This document shows, piece by piece, positions 16,812 to 25,032 of a stretch of 64,000 bases of DNA. A program made the translations under genes and the position numbers. The notes beneath the pieces were generated by a model, which saw nothing but the letters and a program-made list of their open reading frames with translations, searched no databases and was not told the origin of the DNA. The stretch is from a virus. Where the stretch lies: IMG/VR virus record IMGVR_UViG_3300035146_000010. The stretch is one strand, 5' to 3'. Each line of letters starts with the position of its first letter. Position 1 is the stretch's first letter.

Positions 16812-16982
16812 ATGAATAAAGTTTATGAAAAAATGATAGAAAGAATTGAAAACAATCAGGACCCAATTACAGGAGAAAAAATACAAACCGTTGGACAAAT
16901 TTTCGTGAAAAACGGTAAAGCATGTGACACAACTGGAAAAGAGGTAATATTAAATGATAAAGGAACATGGATATACAAATAA
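16812..16982 (+). CDS. Small protein (56 aa)
   Basis: First ORF after cassette A, with aaaggagatttgaaATG. Confidence 0.45.
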   Translation: MNKVYEKMIERIENNQDPITGEKIQTVGQIFVKNGKACDTTGKEVILNDKGTWIYK

Positions 16983-17130
16983 AAAATACTGGGATTGCTT
17001 ATGTGAAAGCAATTATATTCATTCTAAAAATGTTAGATGGTGTCTTAAATGCGGAGCAGATAGAGACGAGCAACCTGATTCTATTCAATCGGAGGTAGAA
17101 AAATATTTAAATGAAAACAATAACAATTGA
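16954..17130 (+). CDS. Small zinc-ribbon protein (58 aa)
   Basis: WDCLCES...WCLKCGAD. Overlaps both neighbours. Confidence 0.35.
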   Translation: MIKEHGYTNKKYWDCLCESNYIHSKNVRWCLKCGADRDEQPDSIQSEVEKYLNENNNN

Positions 17131-17416
17131 AGAGGCTGTCAAGCTCCGTAGAAAATGGAAATACGTTGCTAGTTGTTACAAAAATATGGTCGCTCTTAAA
17201 AATGACCATATGGACGAACTACTAAAAGACGGTTTTGATTTTTGTATTATCGGAACAGGGGATTCAGCATATACTCATTCCCTCCGTGTTTCTATTCAAT
17301 TTGTAAAATCCAGTTTATATTTAAACGGACAATTTTTAATTATAGGGGAGGGCTTTCCAGGAAGAAAAAAAAGTGTGCGTTATTTGGGCTGGTGCATACG
17401 AATTGAAAAAGATTAA
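17111..17416 (+). CDS. Hypothetical protein, paralog of 2495-2797
   Basis: See 2495-2797. Confidence 0.65.
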   Translation: MKTITIEEAVKLRRKWKYVASCYKNMVALKNDHMDELLKDGFDFCIIGTGDSAYTHSLRVSIQFVKSSLYLNGQFLIIGEGFPGRKKSVRYLGWCIRIEKD

Positions 17417-17437
17417 AAATAACTTGAAGGTTTTATT

Positions 17438-17632
17438 ATGTACAAAATCAAATTTTTTAGAAATCATATATTTTTTGATGAGATCAAGTTAAAAACTTTT
17501 AACGAGGTTGTCCATTATTGTGGTTCTGTGTCTAAATTGGATTATGGGTTGGATGATTGTCGTTTTGAGGTTTTTTTCTCAGATCCAGGTTCTAAAAAAT
17601 TGGATGAATTTATTGATATTTATTTTTTTTAA
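17438..17632 (+). CDS. Hypothetical small protein
   Basis: 64-aa ORF. Confidence 0.4.
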   Translation: MYKIKFFRNHIFFDEIKLKTFNEVVHYCGSVSKLDYGLDDCRFEVFFSDPGSKKLDEFIDIYFF

Positions 17633-17646
17633 ATAAGGAAATTTAA

Positions 17647-18105
17647 ATGAGATTATGGCACGAAACATTATTGCCGCACCTTCCCACATTGCAATTTAAC
17701 GGACAGCACCGGGAATGCTGCGCATTACGCGGAAACGGGTGGGATAAAAAGCATTCTACCGTAGAATATATTCATAATTACTCTAGATTATCTTTATACG
17801 AATATCATAGAAGATATTTAATTTTAAGAGAAATTCGGGAATACGAATATGATCTTAATTGGCTTAATCCCCGATATCGCGGGAAAAATTGTCCGGCTGA
17901 TAGTTTGACAACGGATCATTTTTATTCCGGTATTAAAAAATTACCGATTGTTTACCCGGAACACAATCAAAAATATCTTTTAGAGTGTATTGAATTGTTG
18001 TTGCAAAAAATACAGGCAAAACCGAAACAATATACTAAAAAAGATATACAGAGATTAGTTAAATTTAATAATTGTTTTTCAGTTTGTTTTGATTATGTTA
18101 AATAA
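17647..18105 (+). CDS. DenV-like pyrimidine-dimer glycosylase / TIGR02328-like family protein
   Basis: MRLWHETLLPHLPTLQFNGQHRECCALRGNGW N-terminal signature. Confidence 0.5.
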   Translation: MRLWHETLLPHLPTLQFNGQHRECCALRGNGWDKKHSTVEYIHNYSRLSLYEYHRRYLILREIREYEYDLNWLNPRYRGKNCPADSLTTDHFYSGIKKLPIVYPEHNQKYLLECIELLLQKIQAKPKQYTKKDIQRLVKFNNCFSVCFDYVK

Positions 18106-18135
18106 TTATATAGTACGTTACAAAAGGAGAAAAAA

Positions 18136-18477
18136 ATGGAGATATTATTTTTACTTTTAGCTATGGCATTTACTGGATTTTTAATATTGTGTTTTTTAGC
18201 AGAAATGGGATATGGTTCTAAAATAATTTTATCTTTGGCTTGTGTCATAACTATTTTTGGAACTTATGTCACTATGACAAATAACAAATATAAAATAATT
18301 AAGGAGGTAATGGTAAAAAAATCTATAAGAATAAATGGAACTCAGATTGTATCTGATGTTCCTGTTGTTTTTGAAGTGTATATTCAAAAATATAAATACT
18401 GGTCTGCGTTTAATAACGTGGTATTAAAAATAATTATCAAAAAAAGATTGAAAAAAAATTTTTTTGATGAGCAATAA
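18136..18477 (+). CDS. Membrane protein
   Basis: Two N-terminal hydrophobic helices. GGAG RBS. Confidence 0.5.
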   Translation: MEILFLLLAMAFTGFLILCFLAEMGYGSKIILSLACVITIFGTYVTMTNNKYKIIKEVMVKKSIRINGTQIVSDVPVVFEVYIQKYKYWSAFNNVVLKIIIKKRLKKNFFDEQ

Positions 18478-18483
18478 AAAAAG

Positions 18484-18512
18484 TTTCCTTTTTCAATTTA
18501 AAAACGTATAAT
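18484..18512 (+). promoter_or_regulatory. Class B promoter (TTTCCT-17-TATAAT)
   Basis: aaaaaagtttcctttttcaatttaaaaaNgtataatataa is nearly identical at 58456-58497 and similar at 49510-49547. Confidence 0.6.
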
Positions 18513-18643
18513 ATAAGTAAATGGCAACTGTGAAATTAAAATTGGAGGTGATGTCTATTGGATTAAAATAAAACTATAAATTACATACTAACACTTTGTG
18601 TATAAGATTTTAAGATTTTAGTACTTGATGACTCTATGCAGAT

Positions 18644-18737
18644 AGCCGGGTGGCGGAAGTGGAAGACGCGCCAAGGGATTGCCTTGGTGGGGGTAATAAC
18701 AAATAACTCCGTGCAGGTTCGATTCCTGCCCCGGCAA
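18644..18737 (+). tRNA. Class II (long variable arm, Leu-like) tRNA scaffold with a non-canonical anticodon loop
   Basis: Canonical elements: U8, D-arm GCGG-AAGUGGAAGA-CGC with G18G19, and T-arm GCAGG-UUCGAUU-CCUGC. The variable arm has a 5-bp stem. The acceptor is GCCGGG/CCCGGC with an A/A at positions 1-72, followed by A. The anticodon stem CCAAG/CUUGG closes the loop GGAUUGC, which lacks U33. Confidence 0.55.
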
Positions 18738-18861
18738 AGAAAAGTCCAACCGTAGCTGGTCATTGCGGATATGGCTATTAGTACCGGTACTTGTCCGGAA
18801 CAAGTTGCTAGTAAGAAAATAAAAACCTAGACCCGCTTTTTACTTTCGATTTAAACCAGTG

Positions 18862-18906
18862 TTGTTGCAGAGGGTGTTCTTGCCGGTTCGAGTCCGGCAG
18901 CAACAA
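18862..18906 (+). ncRNA. Acceptor-stem/T-arm minihelix (tRNA 3'-half-like element)
   Basis: 7-bp stem ttgttgc/gcaacaa enclosing a 13-nt linker and a perfect T-arm gccgg-ttcgagt-ccggc. No D or anticodon arm. Confidence 0.45.
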
Positions 18907-18941
18907 ATGAGGCGAAAGTCTCCAATTTTAACTTTGTTTTT

Positions 18942-19027
18942 TGTGTCTCCCGGTTAGTTCTGCACACACTAACCCTAGTAAGTTCCGATCAAAAACATTT
19001 TCAAATTTCTACTGACCGGGAGACACA
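18942..19027 (+). ncRNA. Long-range stem (about 17 bp) with a competing internal hairpin, upstream of gene 19055
   Basis: gtgtctcccggt (18943-18954) is perfectly complementary to accgggagacac (19015-19026), and pairing extends on both sides. There is an internal ggttag...ctaacc hairpin. Confidence 0.45.
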
Positions 19028-19054
19028 CACTTAAAAATAATAAAGGATAAATAA

Positions 19055-19780
19055 ATGAAGCTAGCAATAAAAGTTAACAATAAAGAAGAATTTCAAAAAG
19101 TACAAGAAAATATTTTTAAATGGAGTAAAACATTTCAGTGGTATTCAAATAAACTGGCTACGCAAGTGAGCCAGGATTTTAAAGATAGGTTTATACAGGA
19201 TGTCGGGTTTTATCCTTGTTATCCTTGTTATATTTGTCTAGATTTTACAAATAAAACAATGATGCATAGTTATGCTAATAAACGCACTTTGCAAAGCCGA
19301 AAATATATTTTTTTTCCGCATACTTTTGATTTAATACATTTTAATTTTAACTCTGAGCAAATTTGTTCTTACTTAGCAAAAAATAGTTATATTGCTTTTA
19401 AAAAAGAAAAACAATTCGAAAAAGAATATGGAGATGATTGGGAAGACAAAAGTCCTAATTGGGTAGTAGAAATGCGCCCATTATTTGGAAAGGTAATTCC
19501 ATTTGCATATTATTTAGATATATTCAAAAAAATATTTGAATGTGCGGATATTGAATTTGATTATATTCATTTTTATTTAGGTCATTGGGGTATAGAAAAT
19601 ACATCTGGCGATAAAAATTATTCATATAGTTATGCAAATTGGATGATCGATATTTTGCCAAAATCTAAAAAAATTGAAGAGGTTTACGAAATTGAAGAAA
19701 TAGAAGAATCTTTATTAATAGACAGAAAAAAAATTAGACAGGATAATATTATTAATATTCCTAATATAAAATTAAAATAA
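19055..19780 (+). CDS. Hypothetical protein
   Basis: 241-aa ORF with AAGGA RBS. Confidence 0.6.
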   Translation: MKLAIKVNNKEEFQKVQENIFKWSKTFQWYSNKLATQVSQDFKDRFIQDVGFYPCYPCYICLDFTNKTMMHSYANKRTLQSRKYIFFPHTFDLIHFNFNSEQICSYLAKNSYIAFKKEKQFEKEYGDDWEDKSPNWVVEMRPLFGKVIPFAYYLDIFKKIFECADIEFDYIHFYLGHWGIENTSGDKNYSYSYANWMIDILPKSKKIEEVYEIEEIEESLLIDRKKIRQDNIINIPNIKLK

Positions 19781-19792
19781 AGGAGAAATAAA

Positions 19793-20125
19793 ATGGAAGA
19801 ATCAAAAAAAGTAATTTCTTCACTTTGTACATTCGATGAAATGTATGATGCATCTGAAGAAGAAATTCAGGGAGAGCTTAAGCAGGTAAGCAAAGACAGG
19901 ATGAAGCGATCATGGAAACGAGATTTTCAACAAATTTATGATCAGTACGGTCAGGAAATAGACAATTCTAAACAGGAACTGGATGAAATGCGAATGAATC
20001 TTAAAGAGTACAAAGTCCAGTCTGTTGTAGAAAAAGAATTACAAATCAAAGACCTTGAAGAACAGCTGATTATTGTAGAAAAAGAATATAAACGGCTGTT
20101 TGAAGAAGACATAAAAAATTCATAG
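19793..20125 (+). CDS. Coiled-coil hypothetical protein
   Basis: 110-aa ORF with the consensus RBS cassette. Confidence 0.6.
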   Translation: MEESKKVISSLCTFDEMYDASEEEIQGELKQVSKDRMKRSWKRDFQQIYDQYGQEIDNSKQELDEMRMNLKEYKVQSVVEKELQIKDLEEQLIIVEKEYKRLFEEDIKNS

Positions 20126-20156
20126 CTTCATTAAATCTCTAGTCACTTTAATGTCT

Positions 20157-20188
20157 GTCCCCGGTAATTTTTATCGGGGACTTTTTTT
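20157..20188 (+). terminator. Intrinsic terminator
   Basis: gtccccg...cggggac stem plus a T7 run. Confidence 0.75.
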
Positions 20189-20208
20189 GAGAAATAATAA
20201 AAAAAGTC

Positions 20209-20237
20209 TTTACTTTTAAGTGTTATTTTTTTATACT
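20209..20237 (+). promoter_or_regulatory. Class A promoter (TTTACT-17-TATACT)
   Basis: aaaaagtcTTTACT plus a 17-nt spacer plus TATACT. Confidence 0.5.
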
Positions 20238-20274
20238 ATATATAAGTAAAACATTCGGTTGAGCAAAAAATGCA

Positions 20275-20325
20275 GGCCAGTTAAAAACAAGAGAAATCCA
20301 TCTTTTGTTTTAGCTGGCCTTTTTT
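20275..20325 (+). terminator. Long hairpin plus T-run between a promoter and the first head gene (attenuator/terminator)
   Basis: About 19-bp stem ggccagttaaaaacaagag/ctcttttgttttagctggcc-type with one bulge, followed by TTTTTT. It ends about 10 nt before the RBS of 20340. Confidence 0.6.
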
Positions 20326-20339
20326 ATTGGAGAAATTAA

Positions 20340-21683
20340 ATGCCATTGCCAAAACCAAAAAAGGGAGAAACACAAAAAGAATTCATGTCCAGATGTATGG
20401 GAGATCCGATCATGGTTAAAGAATTTCCGGATCAAAAACAACGTAGTGCCATATGCGCAACAGAATATAATAAACGAGATAAAGCAGATGTAAATTTTAA
20501 AAGCGATCAAATTCGTATTGATTATATTAGTTCCGATACAAACAAAGAATGGATTACAGAAAAATTTGAACTTACTTCTGAAGGGTACTTGAAAGGAAAA
20601 GCTGTTATTACAAATGTTGGTGTTTTTCCTTACCAGTTAAAAGACGGGACTGTTTTTTGGGAATTAAGACCACCTGAAGAAGTTTTTGATCAGGATAGTT
20701 TAGATTCTTTTAAAATGCTTCCATTAACCAATGAACATCCGCGCGAAAGAATAACAATAGATAATATAAAACAATACCAGGTAGGATATTCTGGTGATAG
20801 AATAGATCATGATGAATACCACGTTACTACTCCGTTAATTTTTACAGACAGAGAAACAATAATGGATATTCAGGAAGGAAAGCGGGCTATTAGTAACGGC
20901 TATACCTGCGATGTTGAAGAGACGCCGGGAGTATGGATGGGGATTCCGTATGACGGCATACAAAGAAATATCCGTGGCAACCACATTGCATTAGTGGACA
21001 GGGGCCGGGCCGGGGATGCTGCAATTTTAAGATTGGATTCCGCTGAAAATATCGGAATTCAAACAGACGAAAATAAAATCAAAGGAGTAGAGCCGATGGC
21101 ACAATTAAAAAAATTTAAAATTGATGGTGTGGAATATGAGGCCGAACCAGAAGTTATTCGTGCCTTAAATACGTCAGAAAAAAAAGTTGATAATCTTGAA
21201 AAAGAAATAGAACAACTTAAAAAAGACAAACTTACCCTTGAAGGGGAAAAAGATCAAAAAGAAGATGAACTCACTGAGCTTAAAAAACAATTAAAAGAAA
21301 GTGAAGAGAATCAAAATAATGATGAAGACATTGAAAATGCTGTACAACAACGCCTTGTTATTTGGGATGCTGCTAAACGGGCAGATGTTGAAATCAGAAA
21401 AGATTCAAAAGAAATGGATTTGAAAAAAGAAATAATTGTAAAATTGTTTCCGAATTCAAAAGAAAAAATTGATAAAGCCAAAGAGGCATATATTAATGCC
21501 CGGTTTGATGCTGCGTTGGAATATTTGGAAGGACAAGAAAACGAAGATTCCGAAGACGTTGAGGACATTCGGGTGGATTCCATTTCTCATGTTAGTAATA
21601 AAAAACTGGAACATAATTCTGATGCCGCTTACGATAAAATGGTAAACAGAATGACAAGTGCCTGGGAAAGGGAGGTAAATTAA
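20340..21683 (+). CDS. Prohead scaffold/protease-like protein (DUF2213-like N-terminal region plus coiled-coil C-terminus)
   Basis: KGETQKEFMSRCMGD...KQRSAICATEY leader, then GYLKGKAVITNVGVFPY...LRPPEEVF...LPLTNEHP. The C-terminus is a charged coiled coil. Confidence 0.6.
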   Translation: MPLPKPKKGETQKEFMSRCMGDPIMVKEFPDQKQRSAICATEYNKRDKADVNFKSDQIRIDYISSDTNKEWITEKFELTSEGYLKGKAVITNVGVFPYQLKDGTVFWELRPPEEVFDQDSLDSFKMLPLTNEHPRERITIDNIKQYQVGYSGDRIDHDEYHVTTPLIFTDRETIMDIQEGKRAISNGYTCDVEETPGVWMGIPYDGIQRNIRGNHIALVDRGRAGDAAILRLDSAENIGIQTDENKIKGVEPMAQLKKFKIDGVEYEAEPEVIRALNTSEKKVDNLEKEIEQLKKDKLTLEGEKDQKEDELTELKKQLKESEENQNNDEDIENAVQQRLVIWDAAKRADVEIRKDSKEMDLKKEIIVKLFPNSKEKIDKAKEAYINARFDAALEYLEGQENEDSEDVEDIRVDSISHVSNKKLEHNSDAAYDKMVNRMTSAWEREVN

Positions 21684-21684
21684 T

Positions 21685-22434
21685 ATGGCAGCGTATGGAA
21701 CAATAGACGAAGCTATCCGGGGATTAAAATATGGTCTAGGCCCGGACGGTAGAATTGAAGGTGGTTGGGCCTGCAAAGAAGCAGACGGGATTGAATTTGG
21801 TGATCCTGTTTTTGGATATGTCGGGGACAATATATCATGTTATAAATTCAAAAATGATGTTGGTAAAATTGTTTTTGATGCGGACTTTGAAGCGAGTAAT
21901 GTAATTACTATAACAGTAAACAGTGTGGCAGCTGCAGATGTAACATTTACTACAGACCACGACACGACAGCCGGACTAGTTGTAGATGCAATAAATGCAC
22001 TCACAGGAGTAAAAGCCGTTTTAGATTCTACAGACACTGACAACCGGACTTTTTTGATTCAGACCAAAGGACAAACTGCGGTAGTTGCTGAAGCGGTTAC
22101 CGGCGGAAGCGGACAACCGGACGGGACTATTACTTATGGTTCTTCTCAAGTATTTTTGGGCGTTGCTCTTTTCTCTCAAAACCAACCAAAGTTATACGAA
22201 CAGTATGATGCTGTTAATGTTATGGCTGATGGCGAACTTTGGGTGGAGCCAGTCGCGACTGTTTACGCAGGACAAGCCGGATATGTCGATAATGCAGCTA
22301 CAGACATTGGAGAATTTTCAAATGCCGGTGTTGAAATAAACGGAACATATAGAAGCAATGCGACTTCAGGAAATTTGGCCCGGTTACGTGTCCTTGGACA
22401 AAAACAAATGACCTATGCCGGTCTATTCGTATAA
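21685..22434 (+). CDS. Head decoration/cement-like protein carrying an inserted ~95-aa domain
   Basis: Position between the scaffold and major capsid genes. The internal domain (nt 21862-22137) is homologous to the sheath insert at 28670-28954. Confidence 0.5.
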   Translation: MAAYGTIDEAIRGLKYGLGPDGRIEGGWACKEADGIEFGDPVFGYVGDNISCYKFKNDVGKIVFDADFEASNVITITVNSVAAADVTFTTDHDTTAGLVVDAINALTGVKAVLDSTDTDNRTFLIQTKGQTAVVAEAVTGGSGQPDGTITYGSSQVFLGVALFSQNQPKLYEQYDAVNVMADGELWVEPVATVYAGQAGYVDNAATDIGEFSNAGVEINGTYRSNATSGNLARLRVLGQKQMTYAGLFV

Positions 22435-22456
22435 TGGAAATGGAGGAAAAATAAAA

Positions 22457-23395
22457 ATGGCAAAATTTAAAACAAGAGCGGACGTTCAGCATCTAGATGC
22501 CGGCGAAACTGCGTTTTTTAAACGACAATTGGAGTTTGTAAAAAGTAAAACGTACGATACAAAATATAAAAATCTGAAAGCAATGATGTTTCTTCCGGTT
22601 TCCACGGAAGCAAACCCAGGGGATGATTATATCGTATGGTATAGTTTTTCAAAAGCCGGCAAAGCAAAAATTATCTCTGATTATGCTCACGACTTTCCGC
22701 GCGTAGACGTTTACGCAGAGGAAAATCAAAGCAAAATTAAATCAATCGGGGCTAGTTACGGATATTCTACAAAAGAAATTCGAAGAGCTGCAAAAGCCGG
22801 AAACAAACTAAATACCCGTAGAGCAAATACCGCGCGCCGGGCAATTGAAGAGGAAATTGATGACATTGCCTGGAATGGAAATGAAGATTTCAATCTTCAA
22901 GGTTTTTTAAATTATCCCGGAATAACAGAGTATACAGTCCCGAACGACGGAACCGGTTCAAGTACTTTATGGTCGTCTAAAACTGCGGCGTTAATTATTC
23001 GAGACATGACAGGATTATTAAATTCGGTTTCTGTTCCGACTTACGGAAAAGAAGAAATTGATCAAATTTTACTTCCACGCGAACAATACAATTTGATTAA
23101 AACAACTGAAATGTCTGCCGGATCAGATTATACTATTTTAAAATTCTTTTTGGAAACTAATCCGGGAGTGTCTGTTGATATTCTTGACGAACTTGACGGG
23201 GCCGGAGATGGTGGACTTGATAGGATGGTTGGATATGTTCGTGACCCGGAACATCTAACTTTGGAAATTCCGCAACCGTTCGAGCAGCTTGAATATGACA
23301 AAAAAGGAATGGAATATGAAATTCCTTGTCATGCAGAATGTGGGGGAGTAATTATTTATTATCCCCAGTCAGTTGCCTTTGGTGACGGAATATAA
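22457..23395 (+). CDS. Major capsid protein
   Basis: MAKFKTRADVQHLDAGETAFFKRQLEFVKSKTYDTKYKNLKA start is typical of the capsid family that pairs with DUF2213. GGAGGA RBS. Position also fits. Confidence 0.75.
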   Translation: MAKFKTRADVQHLDAGETAFFKRQLEFVKSKTYDTKYKNLKAMMFLPVSTEANPGDDYIVWYSFSKAGKAKIISDYAHDFPRVDVYAEENQSKIKSIGASYGYSTKEIRRAAKAGNKLNTRRANTARRAIEEEIDDIAWNGNEDFNLQGFLNYPGITEYTVPNDGTGSSTLWSSKTAALIIRDMTGLLNSVSVPTYGKEEIDQILLPREQYNLIKTTEMSAGSDYTILKFFLETNPGVSVDILDELDGAGDGGLDRMVGYVRDPEHLTLEIPQPFEQLEYDKKGMEYEIPCHAECGGVIIYYPQSVAFGDGI

Positions 23396-23419
23396 AAATT
23401 AAAAAGGTGGAGGAACCAA

Positions 23420-23824
23420 ATGATTGTTAATTGGAATAAAAAGGGAGCCGGTTTATTAATTATATCCAGATTAAAATCGGGTAAAATTGTTAAGACAAAA
23501 CAACTATTGCCCGGTTTTAATGAGATACCGGACGACGACTGGGAAAGCATTAAACCCCAACTACAAAGTAAAATTGATAATGGAACAATCGAAATTATTA
23601 ATGAAGAAGTAAAACAGGAAATCGAGGTAAATGGAAAAGTCCGTACACGTAGAAATTCAGTAACAGAGTTTAAAGATTTACCGGCAGAAAAGGCACTTGA
23701 AATTGTTAAGGACACGTGGGATAGAAAAACTTTAATGAAATGGAAAGTAAAAGAAAACAGGGACGAAATCCGGGCAGCAATCGCGGAACAATTGGAACAA
23801 ATTAACAACCCGAAAAAAAAATAA
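23420..23824 (+). CDS. Hypothetical virion-module protein
   Basis: 134-aa ORF with GGAGGA RBS. Confidence 0.55.
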   Translation: MIVNWNKKGAGLLIISRLKSGKIVKTKQLLPGFNEIPDDDWESIKPQLQSKIDNGTIEIINEEVKQEIEVNGKVRTRRNSVTEFKDLPAEKALEIVKDTWDRKTLMKWKVKENRDEIRAAIAEQLEQINNPKKK

Positions 23825-23849
23825 AAATTAATTTCAAAGGAGTTTTGAA

Positions 23850-24152
23850 ATGATTTTAAAATGGACAGTAGACAGAATAAGAAAGCCGGTTGAAATTAAA
23901 GCAAAGGGCGGTACTGCTACCCTTTGCTTTATGCATAAAGATCAAATTGTACACGTGCCGGATTCTATCGGCGAAGAAGTAAAAAAGAAATTGTCTGATG
24001 ACATTTCTAATGGAAATATTATTGTTGAAGAAAACAAAATAGATGTTGAAGAAAACAAAACAGATGTTGAAGAAAACAAAACAGAAAGCAAAAAGAAAAC
24101 TACTAAAAAAGTAAAAGAAGACGATGAAGAAATTAACATCAAGGAATTATAA
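23850..24152 (+). CDS. Hypothetical protein with VEENK(I/T)D triple repeat
   Basis: 100-aa ORF. Contains a 21-nt x3 tandem repeat at 24024-24086. Confidence 0.55.
   Translation: MILKWTVDRIRKPVEIKAKGGTATLCFMHKDQIVHVPDSIGEEVKKKLSDDISNGNIIVEENKIDVEENKTDVEENKTESKKKTTKKVKEDDEEINIKEL
24024..24086 (+). repeat. 21-nt x3 in-frame tandem repeat
   Basis: gttgaagaaaacaaaa(t/c)aga(t/a) occurs three times. Confidence 0.85.
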
Positions 24153-24521
24153 ATGAGTGTTAGTACAATACTATCAACTATAGCCCCGCAATATGATTCA
24201 CTTGTTTCCAGAAGTGAATTTATTTCTTTAGCTGAAACACAAGTGAACCGTTGCTGGTTCCGAAACAAGGCAGATTTGGCAGTTGCGTTAATGACAGCTC
24301 ACATGATTTCTGTTTTCACGTCTTCTTATAGACAGGATGGAACAGGTGGATCAGTTACGAGCAAACGGGAGGGGGATTTGGCGCTTTCTTTTGCACAATC
24401 GGTAAATGGAAATTCCGATCTAAATCAAACATCTTATGGAAAACAATTTCAGTCTTTAATGAAAAGCGGAGGGTTTTTTATAGGATGTACCGGTGGAGGT
24501 ATTTTAAATAATGTCTGTTAA
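24153..24521 (+). CDS. Head-tail adaptor (DUF4054-like)
   Basis: AETQVNRCWFRNKADLAVALMTAHMI pattern. Position after the capsid genes. Confidence 0.5.
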   Translation: MSVSTILSTIAPQYDSLVSRSEFISLAETQVNRCWFRNKADLAVALMTAHMISVFTSSYRQDGTGGSVTSKREGDLALSFAQSVNGNSDLNQTSYGKQFQSLMKSGGFFIGCTGGGILNNVC

Positions 24522-25032
24522 AGTTGAAGAAATAGACCGGGGCTGGATAAGAATTTTAAGAGAGCTACGAAAATTAAACAACAGTTATACGGCTGTTGGT
24601 TTTTTTGGACATGGCGGAACTCCCGGTGACGATATTGCAGCCCGTGCCGCTGTGCAAGAACTTGGTGCAACAATAAAAGTAACAACTAAAATGCGTTTTT
24701 ATTTTCTTTATAAGTTTGGATTTATGCTAAAAAAAAGTATATTACGAATACCAAAACGGCCTTTTATGTCTGAAGCATATGATGATCATAAAAATAAAAT
24801 TAATAAACAATTAGATCGGGCGTATGACAATGTGTTATATGGAAGACATAAAGCTAAACAAGCATTGAGTAGGATTGGAGAAGCATGGGTTGGATTTATC
24901 AAACTATCTATACGAACAGGGAACTGGAAAAAAAATTCATCTTTCACAATAAAACAAAAAGGAAGTTCCCGGCCTTTAATTAAAGATGGCGAAATGTTTA
25001 ATGCTGTTCAGCATAAGGAGTTTATGAAATGA
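24511..25032 (+). CDS. Head-tail joining protein candidate
   Basis: Position only. Overlaps its neighbours. Confidence 0.35.
   Translation: MSVKVEEIDRGWIRILRELRKLNNSYTAVGFFGHGGTPGDDIAARAAVQELGATIKVTTKMRFYFLYKFGFMLKKSILRIPKRPFMSEAYDDHKNKINKQLDRAYDNVLYGRHKAKQALSRIGEAWVGFIKLSIRTGNWKKNSSFTIKQKGSSRPLIKDGEMFNAVQHKEFMK

Noticed and set aside
18862-18906. Interpreting the tRNA 3'-half-like element as proof of a temperate lifestyle (attP).
   Set aside because: No integrase, excisionase pair or repressor/Cro switch is recognisable in the window. The idea is kept only as an alternative explanation in the findings.
23359-23808. 149-aa minus-strand ORF, and similar long antisense ORFs at 30570-31112, 35636-36118, 43566-44222, 26131-26562, 52361-52831 and 55357-55824.
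   Set aside because: Each lies entirely within a well-supported + strand gene. They lack RBSs, and their Ser/Phe/Ile-rich compositions are typical of shadow frames.
24024-24086. Short tandem repeats, including 59870-60053 and 38041-38400, considered as possible CRISPR arrays for the csf-like genes.
   Set aside because: All lie inside coding regions and are in-frame. They have no unique spacers of CRISPR-like length between repeats. No repeat-spacer array was seen in any intergenic region of the window.
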